A stretch of 64,000 bases of DNA, from contig OY761158.1 of NCBI GenBank assembly GCA_963664405.1, positions 5,888,001-5,952,000 on the forward strand. The letters run 5' to 3'. The position numbers were made by a program, and so were the translations under genes. Source of the stretch: Thermoanaerobaculia bacterium (GTDB lineage Bacteria > Acidobacteriota > Thermoanaerobaculia > Multivoradales > Multivoraceae). Shown here in pieces: positions 9,666 through 18,572 of the stretch. The first letter of the stretch is position 1. The number at the start of each line of letters is the position of its first letter. The notes under the pieces are model-generated. The model saw only the letters and a list, made by a program, of their open reading frames with translations, searched no databases and was not told where the DNA came from.

Positions 9666-10121
9666 GTGAGCGGCCTGATCACCGACGAGATTCGTTCTTC
9701 GATCGGCGCCAGCGAGAGCTTTGGTCCGATCGAAGTGACCCGGCGTGAGATCGTCAAGTATGCGGTCGCGACCGAACAACGCCTGGGTCGGATCAAGCGC
9801 GGTGACGAAGCGCCACCGATGTTTCTCTTTGGTGTCCTGCGTCCCATCCTCGAGGCTTCGCAGCTAGGTGAGGATGGCTTGGCCGGAGATCCGCTACTAC
9901 CCGAGCTGCCGCTGCAGCGAGTGATGGCGGGCGGCACCAAGATGCGATATCTCCGCGCCGTACGCCCCGGAGATGTACTGGTTGCCACGCGCACTTTGGT
10001 CGAACTCTACGAGAAGGCAGGGCGATTGGGCCCGCTCATTTTCGTCGTTTACGAATTGCGGATCGCGACCCAGAGCGGTGAGTTGATTGCGGAAGAGACC
10101 CAGACCCGAATCGCACGGTGA
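9666..10121 (+). CDS. MaoC-family dehydratase N-terminal-type hotdog subunit
   Basis: IVKYAVA, APPMF, MAGGT..RYLRAVRPGD, EKAGRLG. Confidence 0.8.
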   Translation: MSGLITDEIRSSIGASESFGPIEVTRREIVKYAVATEQRLGRIKRGDEAPPMFLFGVLRPILEASQLGEDGLAGDPLLPELPLQRVMAGGTKMRYLRAVRPGDVLVATRTLVELYEKAGRLGPLIFVVYELRIATQSGELIAEETQTRIAR

Positions 10122-10552
10122 GAACGATGCCTGATCTCGACAAGCTAGAGCTTGGTGACGTACTTCCCGAGCGCACCTACGTCCCAAGCAACGTGTCCCT
10201 CTTTCTCTACAATGCGGCGATCTGGAATGCCCATCGGATCCACTACGACGAGCGCTACACGACCGAAGAAGAGCACCACCCGGGGGTGGTTGTCGATGGT
10301 CCGCTACAAGGGGATTGGCTGACGCAAACAGTTCTCGAGTGGATCGGTGAGGATGGAGTGCTGATCGAGTTTGCCTACTCCAATCGACTGGCTTCCTACC
10401 TCGGGGATGAATTGACCACGGGAGGCTCGGTTACCCAAATCGATGCCGCCAGTGGCGAGGTCGCGCTCGAGCTCTTTGTTCGCAACCAGAATGGAGAAGT
10501 GACGACCCCCGGCAGCGCCCGCGTCAGACTTGCCAAGGGACCGAGGCGGTGA
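10118..10552 (+). CDS. MaoC-family hotdog dehydratase, catalytic subunit
   Basis: N-A-H-R-I-H-Y-D hydratase-2-like motif and VVDGPL; 4-bp overlap with the preceding gene. Confidence 0.8.
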   Translation: MRTMPDLDKLELGDVLPERTYVPSNVSLFLYNAAIWNAHRIHYDERYTTEEEHHPGVVVDGPLQGDWLTQTVLEWIGEDGVLIEFAYSNRLASYLGDELTTGGSVTQIDAASGEVALELFVRNQNGEVTTPGSARVRLAKGPRR

Positions 10553-10673
10553 TCAAGAGCCCAGCTTGCCAGCCGCACCCCTCGCCGCCCTATCGCAGCG
10601 GGATCGAGCCGGCCGCTATCGATCTTCCGGCTCCGACTCTCGGAGAGCACAGCCAACACGTGATTGGAGAGAT

Positions 10674-10854
10674 CCTAGACCAGCGTTTCCAAAGTTCGGG
10701 CTGCATAGCTTGAGCTCATTCTGTTCGCTGGCCAGGCGCGCTGACGCAGGCATATTGGGCAATATGTCGAGGAGCGCGGGGGCGCCTAGCCAACGCCGGC
10801 AGCGGGCAGAAGGGGCCGAGATATGTGCGCGAACTTTGGAAACGCTGGTCTAGG
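10674..10854. mobile_element. MITE-like non-autonomous element / long hairpin repeat
   Basis: Perfect 25-bp inverted repeats CCTAGACCAGCGTTTCCAAAGTTCG (10674-10698) and 10830-10854, with CTAG at both ends. A central hairpin CATATTG-GG-CAATATG is present. It lies between convergent genes. Confidence 0.75.
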
Positions 10855-10923
10855 GCTCGGGGCGGAGGATCTCGCCGGGCTCGAAGAGCGCTGAGTCATC
10901 GGCACCGAGCCACCGTAGAAGCT

Positions 10924-12237
10924 TCAGCCCAAGAGCGGAGCGAGGAGGCCGGCGCCGCTCTCGAATGCCAGCGGCGCTGGGTCTGAAAGGATCTCGATAT
11001 TGGCATTGGCGCTCGCCTCCTCGAGCAGGGACGCCGACGCCCACATCTCATCCAACTTGGATGTGTTCTGGATCCAGGCCAGCCGCAGCGATGCCGGGTC
11101 CTCCTCTTGACGGAAGCTGAGCATGACCTGCATCGCCTGTAGCTCGGTCTCGGTGAGGAGGGGAATCTTGCATGCACTCAGGCGCTTCGCTGTATACGCA
11201 TTCATGTAGGTGGCGTTGAGGTCGATGGTGTCGAATACGCCACGCGGCATGATGTCGGCGTTGCCGATGCCGGTTGCGTTGCCGTGGGTGGACTCGGTCA
11301 AGCTTCGCAAGTAGATGGCGCCGATGCGTGGCTTGGTGGCGCCGGGCTTCTTCCCTATGACATTGGTGTCCATCCCCGAGCCGCTGATGTTCTTGCCCAT
11401 TTCGTCGACGATGAGTGCATCCAGATCGTCGAAGGGCAGGCGGGCCAGCCACTCGTAGGCTTGTTCCAAGAGGCTCGCTTCCGCATCGATCAGTGCGGCA
11501 TGGCTCTTCATCTCCACGCCTTTGATCGCTGCGGTTTCCTTGAACGGGTTCTCGACCAGGGCGAGGCCGCCAAGCAACCTGGGACGATTGGCTTCCACGA
11601 TGATTCGAGAGGCGTCCAGAACCATCTGCCCCATCGCCACCCGCAACGCCTGTTGGTGAATGCGGGAGGCGTCCGCCTGCTTGCCGAGACCGATCACCAG
11701 CATCTTGCAGAGCCCGCTCTCGACCCGCGCGGTAAAACCAGTATGAGGCTTGACCCGGTTGACCACGAGTACGCCGTCGGCATCGTGAGCGAGGCGGTCC
11801 TGGTAGACCGGGAATCCGGTAGCCGTAGTACCGACTTGCACGACTTCCATGCTGGCCCGGATGGGGCATCCGGCGCTGTTCTCGTTCAATCCGTGAATAT
11901 CGTCGAGCACCCCTACCTGGCCTTCCACGGTGGCGCCTCCATGGCTGCCCATGGCCGGCACCACGAAGGGCTCCGCGCCCTTCTCGCGGAGCGCTCTGAC
12001 CGCCTCGGCCACCACCTCCACGAAGTTGCTGATTCCGCGGCTACTGCCGGTTATCGCGATCTTCTGTCCGGCTCCAACGCCGGCGATCAGCGGTGCGAGC
12101 TCGCGGTGCACCGCGGCGGCGATATCTCGTTCCACGGGCCGAGGAAAGTGCTGACGCAGACGGAAGAGATGCGGTACATCCGCGGCGCCCACGCCTGCCT
12201 GATGCTCAGTGAGCTCGAAGCGTGTTGGGTTCTGCAT
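10924..12237 (-). CDS. LarA-superfamily (lactate racemase N-terminal domain) protein
   Basis: SRGI, PAMGSHGG, NRVKPHT, ESGLCKM, GKNISGSGMDTNV, GNATGIG. Confidence 0.75.
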   Translation of the reverse strand: MQNPTRFELTEHQAGVGAADVPHLFRLRQHFPRPVERDIAAAVHRELAPLIAGVGAGQKIAITGSSRGISNFVEVVAEAVRALREKGAEPFVVPAMGSHGGATVEGQVGVLDDIHGLNENSAGCPIRASMEVVQVGTTATGFPVYQDRLAHDADGVLVVNRVKPHTGFTARVESGLCKMLVIGLGKQADASRIHQQALRVAMGQMVLDASRIIVEANRPRLLGGLALVENPFKETAAIKGVEMKSHAALIDAEASLLEQAYEWLARLPFDDLDALIVDEMGKNISGSGMDTNVIGKKPGATKPRIGAIYLRSLTESTHGNATGIGNADIMPRGVFDTIDLNATYMNAYTAKRLSACKIPLLTETELQAMQVMLSFRQEEDPASLRLAWIQNTSKLDEMWASASLLEEASANANIEILSDPAPLAFESGAGLLAPLLG

Positions 12238-12342
12238 GGTTTCGCGCGGCCGAATGCGCTGTCCGGTTCAGCAAAGTCCGTACAAAGAGCAGGTGAGTCG
12301 GGGGAAATGATACCAACCATTTCCTGATGCGCGCACGCGGGC

Positions 12343-13008
12343 CTAGCGGTGCCGCTTGACGCCTATTCGGGGGCAGCGCCGCTCGAGTGGGCAGAGGGAG
12401 CACTTCGGGCTCGCCGGTACACAGGTATGCTGGCCGAAGCTCACCAGTAGCCGATTGAGATCAAGCCAGTAGCGGCGGTGAAGACGATCGCGCAGGGCCA
12501 TCTCGGTAGCCAAGGGGCTGTCGGTATCCACATACCCCCAGAGGTTGGCTATACGGTGAACATGGGTGTCCACACAGATCGCCGGCTTGCGAAAACCCTC
12601 GATGAGAACGAGATTCGCGGTTTTGCGCCCGACTCCTGGAAGCTCGACGAGCTCTTCGATGGTGTCGGGCACCTGGCCGCCGAATCGCTCGATCAGAAGT
12701 CGACACGTACGCTTCAGGTTCTTTGCCTTGGTCAGGTAGAAGCCCACCGGGAAGATCAGGCGCGCCAATCGCGACTCGCGCAAACCAGCCACCGCCGCTG
12801 GGTCGTCGGCGACCGCGAACAGGCGCTCGCTTGCGGCGGCCGTTACCTCGTCCTTGGTGCGGGCGCTCAGAAGAGTCGAGACCAGAACCCGGAAGGGATC
12901 GCGGCCGCCCTGGGCGATGAGAGTGACGACCGGAGGCTCCACGTCGGCCACGTGATCGCGCACCTTGCGCAGGAAGTGGGGGATACGCCGATTGTCTACA
13001 GGCGCCAC
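12343..13008 (-). CDS. nth: Endonuclease III (HhH-GPD glycosylase)
   Basis: LPGVGRKTAN HhH, VDTHVHR, and a C-x6-C-x2-C-x5-C 4Fe-4S motif. Confidence 0.92.
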   Translation of the reverse strand: MAPVDNRRIPHFLRKVRDHVADVEPPVVTLIAQGGRDPFRVLVSTLLSARTKDEVTAAASERLFAVADDPAAVAGLRESRLARLIFPVGFYLTKAKNLKRTCRLLIERFGGQVPDTIEELVELPGVGRKTANLVLIEGFRKPAICVDTHVHRIANLWGYVDTDSPLATEMALRDRLHRRYWLDLNRLLVSFGQHTCVPASPKCSLCPLERRCPRIGVKRHR

Positions 13009-13047
13009 GGCACCGCCGGCAGCCGTCAGCGGTCGCTCCTTTCTTGC

Positions 13048-13482
13048 TCAGATGCGCTCGAGTACGACAACTGGAATCGTTCTCGTGGTGTTGGCTTGGT
13101 ACTCGTCGTAGGCGGGCCAGATCTCGGCCATCGCCTTCCATAATGCCGGCTTCTCAGCGGCGTTCGCCGTTCTCGCTCTGGCACGAAAGCGATCCGCTGC
13201 TACTTGGACTTCGACCTCCGGTTGTGCTTCGAGATTGAGATACCAGCCCGGGTGCGTGGGTGCTCCGCCGCGGGAGGCTACTACCAAGTAGTCGTCCCCG
13301 CTCTGGCCGTAGATGAGAGGTAGGGTCTTCGCCTTCCCCGAGCGCCGACCCGTTGTCGTCAGCAGAAGGGTCGGGACGCCTCTCCAGATGTGTCCATCCT
13401 CGCCGTCTGTCTCTATGTATCGGCGCATATGGTCCGCGATCCAGTCGGGGAGCGGTGTTTCGGTCTCGGTCGGGTCTGTCAT
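13048..13482 (-). CDS. Deazaflavin (F420H2)-dependent nitroreductase/quinone reductase (Ddn/FDOR-A)
   Basis: LLLTTTGRRSG, VASRGGAPTHPGWYLNL, YDEYQ..T.R.IPVVVL. Confidence 0.9.
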   Translation of the reverse strand: MTDPTETETPLPDWIADHMRRYIETDGEDGHIWRGVPTLLLTTTGRRSGKAKTLPLIYGQSGDDYLVVASRGGAPTHPGWYLNLEAQPEVEVQVAADRFRARARTANAAEKPALWKAMAEIWPAYDEYQANTTRTIPVVVLERI

Positions 13483-13665
13483 GTCTGAACTCCGTCTCTC
13501 AGGGCGCTCGCCAGGCTGGTCAGAGCCCGAGCCGAGCGTGCGGCGAGGAAGTAATGATAAACATCGTTTTCGGAGCCTAGCAGCGGAGCACTGCATCCGT
13601 GAGCCGCCCGCCGCAGACTTCGGTAGGATTCCGCTTCTGGAAAGCTCGTTGTGGAAGGGAAGAGG

Positions 13666-14130
13666 ATGAAAAGAGAGCTCTGGATCATCGCGCTCAGTAT
13701 TTGCCTTTTCGTTGCGTGCAATCGCGGGCCTGAGCCGCCGTCCTTCAATACGTCCGTCAGTGTCAGTGATCTGATGAAGGGAATCGTCGATCCTGCAGCC
13801 GATGTGCTGTGGGCCTCGGTTGGCACGATCATTACGGAAGAGAGTGTTGAAGAGATCTACCCTCGCGACGACGCGGAATGGGCCGTGGTCCGCAACGCCA
13901 CCATCACGCTCATGGAGTCAGGGAACTTGTTGATGGTCGGCGACCGTGCCCAGTCCACCGGGCCATGGATGGAGATGGCGAAGGCGTTGATCGATGCTGG
14001 GGAGATCGCGAAGAAAGCCGCCGAATCCAAGGACCCCGAGGAGATCTTCGCCATCGGCGGCGTCGTGTACGCGGCCTGTAACAATTGCCACGGTACCTAT
14101 TGGGTGGACGATCCGCGACAAGGTTTGTAG
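13666..14130 (+). CDS. Lipoprotein cytochrome c (class II / c'-like)
   Basis: Lipobox FVAC, an all-helical body and a single C-terminal CNNCH. Confidence 0.75.
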   Translation: MKRELWIIALSICLFVACNRGPEPPSFNTSVSVSDLMKGIVDPAADVLWASVGTIITEESVEEIYPRDDAEWAVVRNATITLMESGNLLMVGDRAQSTGPWMEMAKALIDAGEIAKKAAESKDPEEIFAIGGVVYAACNNCHGTYWVDDPRQGL

Positions 14131-14207
14131 AGGATTTGCAATATGGCAGCAGCGAAGTGGAGCCCTCTCGGTTGGCGTCTCGAGCAGTCGGCAGAGGGAG
14201 GTCCGAG

Positions 14208-15239
14208 ATGACGGAGCCCACCCCAGGGACGGCCGCTTGGCTGGATCGGGTAGTAGAAGAGATTATCGAGCCCGAGCGGCGCATCATCGATCCGCATCAC
14301 CATTTGTGGCGAGATCGGGGGCGGCTGGGCTCCTATGTCTTATCTGACCTTTGGGCGGATACCGGCTCCGGACACAACATCGAAAAGACCGTCTTCGTCG
14401 AGTGTCACGCCAGCTACCGTGAGGACGGACCGGAGCGGCTTCGCCCGGTGGGGGAGACCGATTTCGTCGCGGAGATCGCCGAAGAGAGCGCCCGAGGCGC
14501 AGATACGGAGGTCGCCGGCGCTGAGCCGCAGGTCGCCGGCATCGTTTCGCACGCCGATCTGACTCTGGGGGACGCGGTAGAGGAGGTTCTGCTCGCCCAC
14601 CGGGAGGCCGGCCTCGGCCGCTTTCGTGGCATTCGCCACTCTGGCGCGCGAGACCCTCATCCGGAAGCGCTCTCGATCCCTGGGCGGGCGCCGGAGGGGC
14701 TCTATGCAAATGAGGATTTTCGCAGCGGCTTGCGGGTGCTGGCGCGTCTCGGCCTGACTTTCGACAGCTGGCACTATCACCACCAGACCCTGGCTTTTGC
14801 AGAGCTGGCCCGCGCCGTGCCCGAGGCGACGATGATCCTCGACCACTTCGGTACGCCGCTGGGTGTCGGCCCGTATCGCGAGCACCGAGACGAGATCTTC
14901 CAGCAGTGGAAGACCGACATCGTCGAGGTCGCTCGCTGTCCCAACGTCGTCGCCAAGCTCGGTGGTTTGGCAATGCCCGATAACGGCTATGACTGGGATC
15001 GGCGCAGCGTGCCTGCTTCTTCTGATGAGCTGGTGGCGGCGCAGGGACGCTACTACGATCATGCGATCGATTGCTTCGGGCCCGAGCGCTGCATGTTCGA
15101 GAGCAACTTCCCGGTCGACAAGAGGTCGTTGTCGTATCCAGTTCTGTGGAACGCGTTGAAGAAGATCGCCGCTGATTTCTCAGAGGATGAGAAGGACGCG
15201 ATGTTCTACGCCACGGCGGCCCGCGTCTACGGCCTCTGA
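14208..15239 (+). CDS. Amidohydrolase_2 family protein
   Basis: [30 protein letters not shown]. Confidence 0.9.
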   Translation: MTEPTPGTAAWLDRVVEEIIEPERRIIDPHHHLWRDRGRLGSYVLSDLWADTGSGHNIEKTVFVECHASYREDGPERLRPVGETDFVAEIAEESARGADTEVAGAEPQVAGIVSHADLTLGDAVEEVLLAHREAGLGRFRGIRHSGARDPHPEALSIPGRAPEGLYANEDFRSGLRVLARLGLTFDSWHYHHQTLAFAELARAVPEATMILDHFGTPLGVGPYREHRDEIFQQWKTDIVEVARCPNVVAKLGGLAMPDNGYDWDRRSVPASSDELVAAQGRYYDHAIDCFGPERCMFESNFPVDKRSLSYPVLWNALKKIAADFSEDEKDAMFYATAARVYGL

Positions 15240-16720
15240 TGGCGAAGACAACGAATTCTGCGCGGCGCTCCGCCCGAGTCTTCGCGAGCTACGCAGGGCT
15301 TGGCGACTGTTACGACGAGCTCGTTCATGCGGATGGCGAGCTACGGCGGGATGTGGTGCGGGTGGGGCGGCTCCTCGATGATCTGGGTCAGGCCGAGTTT
15401 CGGCGGCGGCAGCGTCTCGCGGATGCGGCCTTGCTCGAAGGAGGAATCACCTTCTCGGTGTACTCGGACGAGCGCGGGGCGGAGAAGATCTTTCCTTTCG
15501 ATCTCATCCCGCGTCTGGTGACGGCGCGGACCTGGACGAAGATCGAGCGCGGCCTCGAGCAGCGAGTTCGGGCCCTGAATGCCTTTCTTGGGGATGTCTA
15601 CGGTCGGCAGATGATCTTTCGTGAGCTGCCGGTGCTCGAGGACCTCGTGCTCTCTTCGGAGGGCTATCTGAAGTCGATGCGGGGCATCAGGCCGCCCCTG
15701 GGTGTCTATATCCACGTTGCCGGTATCGATCTGGTACGGCGCCCGGACGGTGCTTTCGTGGTGCTCGAAGACAACCTCCGGGTGCCGTCCGGTGTCTCTT
15801 ATGTGCTCGAGAACCGAAAGGTGATGAAGCGAGTTCTCCCTGGGATCTTTCATCGGGCCGGGGTGCGCTCGGTCAGTGACTATCCCGCACGTCTGAAACA
15901 GGTACTCGCTTCTTTTCCCGGAGCCGGGACTGCCGACGACGACATCGTGCTGCTCACCCCTGGGCCGTTCAACTCCGCCTATTTCGAGCACACCTTCCTC
16001 GCCCGGCGAATGGGCGTTCCTCTAGTTCAGGGGAGTGATCTCTTCGTGGAGCGCCAGCGCGTCTATCTCAAGACCACCGAGGGCCCGAAGCCGGTGCGAG
16101 TCATCTACCGCCGCATCGACGACGCTTTTTTGGATCCTCGAGCGTTCAATGCCGACAGTATGCTCGGCGTACCGGGTCTGGTGGATGCCTACCGGGCGGG
16201 CAATGTCACTCTCGCTAACGCGATCGGCAACGGTGTGGCCGACGACAAAGCCGTGTACGCCTTTGTACCGGAGATGATTCGCTTCTACCTCGCCGAAGAA
16301 CCGATCCTGGGACAGGTCCCCACTTATCTATGCCTGAGGGAGAAAGATCGCGCTCTGGTGGTCGATCGGCTGGCCGAGCTGGTGGTGAAGCGGGTCGATG
16401 GCTCGGGCGGCTACGGACTCACGGTTGGCCCGATGGCTACGAAGCGTGAGCTGACGGCGTTGCGACGTGCGGTCCTTGCCGACCCTCGAGGCTTCATTGC
16501 GCAGCCCGTCGTGAACTTCTCCACCTGCCCTGCCTTCTCGGGCGGTCGAGTCGCGCCGCGAAGAGTCGACCTCAGACCCTACGTGATCACTGGCAAATCG
16601 AGCTGGGTTCTTCCCGGCGGTCTGACGCGGGTGGCGTTGAAGAAGGGCTCCTACGTCGTCAACTCGAGCCAGGGGGGAGGATCCAAAGACACCTGGGTGC
16701 TGCGAGGCAGGAGCTCGTGA
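15239..16720 (+). CDS. Circularly permuted type 2 ATP-grasp protein
   Basis: [60 protein letters not shown]. Confidence 0.95.
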   Translation: MAKTTNSARRSARVFASYAGLGDCYDELVHADGELRRDVVRVGRLLDDLGQAEFRRRQRLADAALLEGGITFSVYSDERGAEKIFPFDLIPRLVTARTWTKIERGLEQRVRALNAFLGDVYGRQMIFRELPVLEDLVLSSEGYLKSMRGIRPPLGVYIHVAGIDLVRRPDGAFVVLEDNLRVPSGVSYVLENRKVMKRVLPGIFHRAGVRSVSDYPARLKQVLASFPGAGTADDDIVLLTPGPFNSAYFEHTFLARRMGVPLVQGSDLFVERQRVYLKTTEGPKPVRVIYRRIDDAFLDPRAFNADSMLGVPGLVDAYRAGNVTLANAIGNGVADDKAVYAFVPEMIRFYLAEEPILGQVPTYLCLREKDRALVVDRLAELVVKRVDGSGGYGLTVGPMATKRELTALRRAVLADPRGFIAQPVVNFSTCPAFSGGRVAPRRVDLRPYVITGKSSWVLPGGLTRVALKKGSYVVNSSQGGGSKDTWVLRGRSS

Positions 16721-17694
16721 TCTCCCGCGTCGCAGAGTCCTGTTTCTGGCTCGAGCGCTACATCGAGCGCTGCGACAGCACAGCACGCCTGCTCGAGGTG
16801 AACCTTCATCTGCTTCTCGACGTCCGACTTCCGGCGGCGGAGCGCTGGCACCCGCTGCTCATCGCGGCGGGCGAGGAAGAACGGTTCTATCGTCTCTACG
16901 GTCGCCGTGCCGTCCGAGACGACGAATTCGTGCAGAACTACTTGAGCTGGGATGAAGCCAACCCTGCGTCGATCTTGAGCGCCGGGCGATGGGCGCGCGA
17001 GAACGCGAGGGTCATACGCGAGACTCTCAGCCTCGAAGCCTGGGAGACCATCAATGCCTTCTGGCTGTGGTTGTCGTCTGGTCCCGGCAAGCGCCTTTAT
17101 CAGCGGGACCGAGCTGGTTTCTACGCCAAGATCAAACAGCACATCCTGCTCATTCGTGCCGTATGTCAGGACACCATGTTGCACGAGCGGCCGTTTGACT
17201 TTCTGCGTCTGGGTATGGCTCTCGAGAGGGCGGGCCAGACGGCGCGGATGCTCGATGTCAAATATCTGCAGATGGGTCCCGCTCGCTCGGGGTCTTGGGA
17301 GAGCGTAGACGAGCTGACCTTGTGGCTGGCGGTACTGCGCTCCTCCGATGCGACCGAGGCTTTCTTCAAGAGGGGCTATCCCCTGGAAGGTGAGTCGGTG
17401 GCTCGCTTCCTCATCTTCGACCCGGCTCATCCGCGCGCCATTCGCCACAATTTGGATCGGTGCTGGAATTTCCTTCGACGCGTGCGGCCGGTCCGGGGCC
17501 GCGGCTACCGCAGCGCGAGGCTTCTACGAGCGCTGCGGCGGAAGCTGCCGGAGGGTGGCGTAGAGGATGTTCTCGAGCAGGGCATCCATCCCTTCTTGAC
17601 CGAGATCGTGGATGGCGTGTCTGAAGTGGGAGAGGCTCTCAACAGCGACTTCTTCGATCTTCGGCCCGCAGGCTCGGCGAGGACCCGCCTTTGA
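16717..17694 (+). CDS. Alpha-E domain protein
   Basis: [34 protein letters not shown]; position in the operon. Confidence 0.92.
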   Translation: MISRVAESCFWLERYIERCDSTARLLEVNLHLLLDVRLPAAERWHPLLIAAGEEERFYRLYGRRAVRDDEFVQNYLSWDEANPASILSAGRWARENARVIRETLSLEAWETINAFWLWLSSGPGKRLYQRDRAGFYAKIKQHILLIRAVCQDTMLHERPFDFLRLGMALERAGQTARMLDVKYLQMGPARSGSWESVDELTLWLAVLRSSDATEAFFKRGYPLEGESVARFLIFDPAHPRAIRHNLDRCWNFLRRVRPVRGRGYRSARLLRALRRKLPEGGVEDVLEQGIHPFLTEIVDGVSEVGEALNSDFFDLRPAGSARTRL

Positions 17695-18572
17695 GCCCGC
17701 GGATCTATGAAGTCGAGCACTCCACCGTCTACGCCTATGCCGAGGCGGTGGAGCAGAGCAGCCACTTGCTGCGACTCCGTCCGTCGAGCGATCGCTACCA
17801 AGATGTGCTCGATTTTTCGCTGGAGGTCACTCCGGCGGGCTCGCTGCGGGAGTTTGAAGACGTCTTTGGCAATTCTGCCGTCCGTCTCGATTTCGATTCC
17901 TCGTTCCGCGAGATGCGCATTCTCAGCCGCAGCCGCGTGCGAGTCTTCGCGCCTGCGCGTGGACTGCGCGAGACGCGCGAGCGCAGCATCATCCCGGTGC
18001 AATGGATGCCTTGGCAGCGCGAGATGATGGCGGCTTATCTGCAGGTGCCTGATCTGTCTTCGTCCCAACTCCGCGATCTCTACGAGTATGCGATGAGTTT
18101 CGTCGAGCGGCAGGATTTCGATGTCGTCGGGACGCTTGAAGATATCAACCGGACTCTCCACCAGGACTGCACCTATGAGCCCGGTTCGACCGATCTCGAG
18201 ACTACTCCCTGGGATGTTTACGTATGTCGTCGTGGGGTGTGCCAGGACTTCGCCAACCTCTTTGTCTGTCTCGCTCGACTGTTGGGGATTCCCGCTCGCT
18301 ATCGGGTCGGCTACGTCCACAGCGGAGTGGACGACCCTCGCCGGCTTCAGTCCGAGGCCTCGCACGCCTGGGCGGAGCTCTATGTACCTCGTCTGGGCTG
18401 GCGCGGTTTCGATCCCACCAATGGCTCGGTGGTCGGGCTAGATCACGTGCGCGTCGCCTGCGGCCGAAACTATCGCGATGCAACCCCGACTTCCGGCACC
18501 ATCCATCGAGGTGGTGGAGGTGAGACTCTCTCGATCGCCGTCAGCGTCAAGGAAGCTTCGCTTCCGCCTTAG
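17691..18572 (+). CDS. Transglutaminase-like protein (Bact_transglu_N + core)
   Basis: Catalytic triad motifs GVCQDFA, SHAW, GFDPT; GRNYRDATP. Confidence 0.93.
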   Translation: MSPRIYEVEHSTVYAYAEAVEQSSHLLRLRPSSDRYQDVLDFSLEVTPAGSLREFEDVFGNSAVRLDFDSSFREMRILSRSRVRVFAPARGLRETRERSIIPVQWMPWQREMMAAYLQVPDLSSSQLRDLYEYAMSFVERQDFDVVGTLEDINRTLHQDCTYEPGSTDLETTPWDVYVCRRGVCQDFANLFVCLARLLGIPARYRVGYVHSGVDDPRRLQSEASHAWAELYVPRLGWRGFDPTNGSVVGLDHVRVACGRNYRDATPTSGTIHRGGGGETLSIAVSVKEASLPP

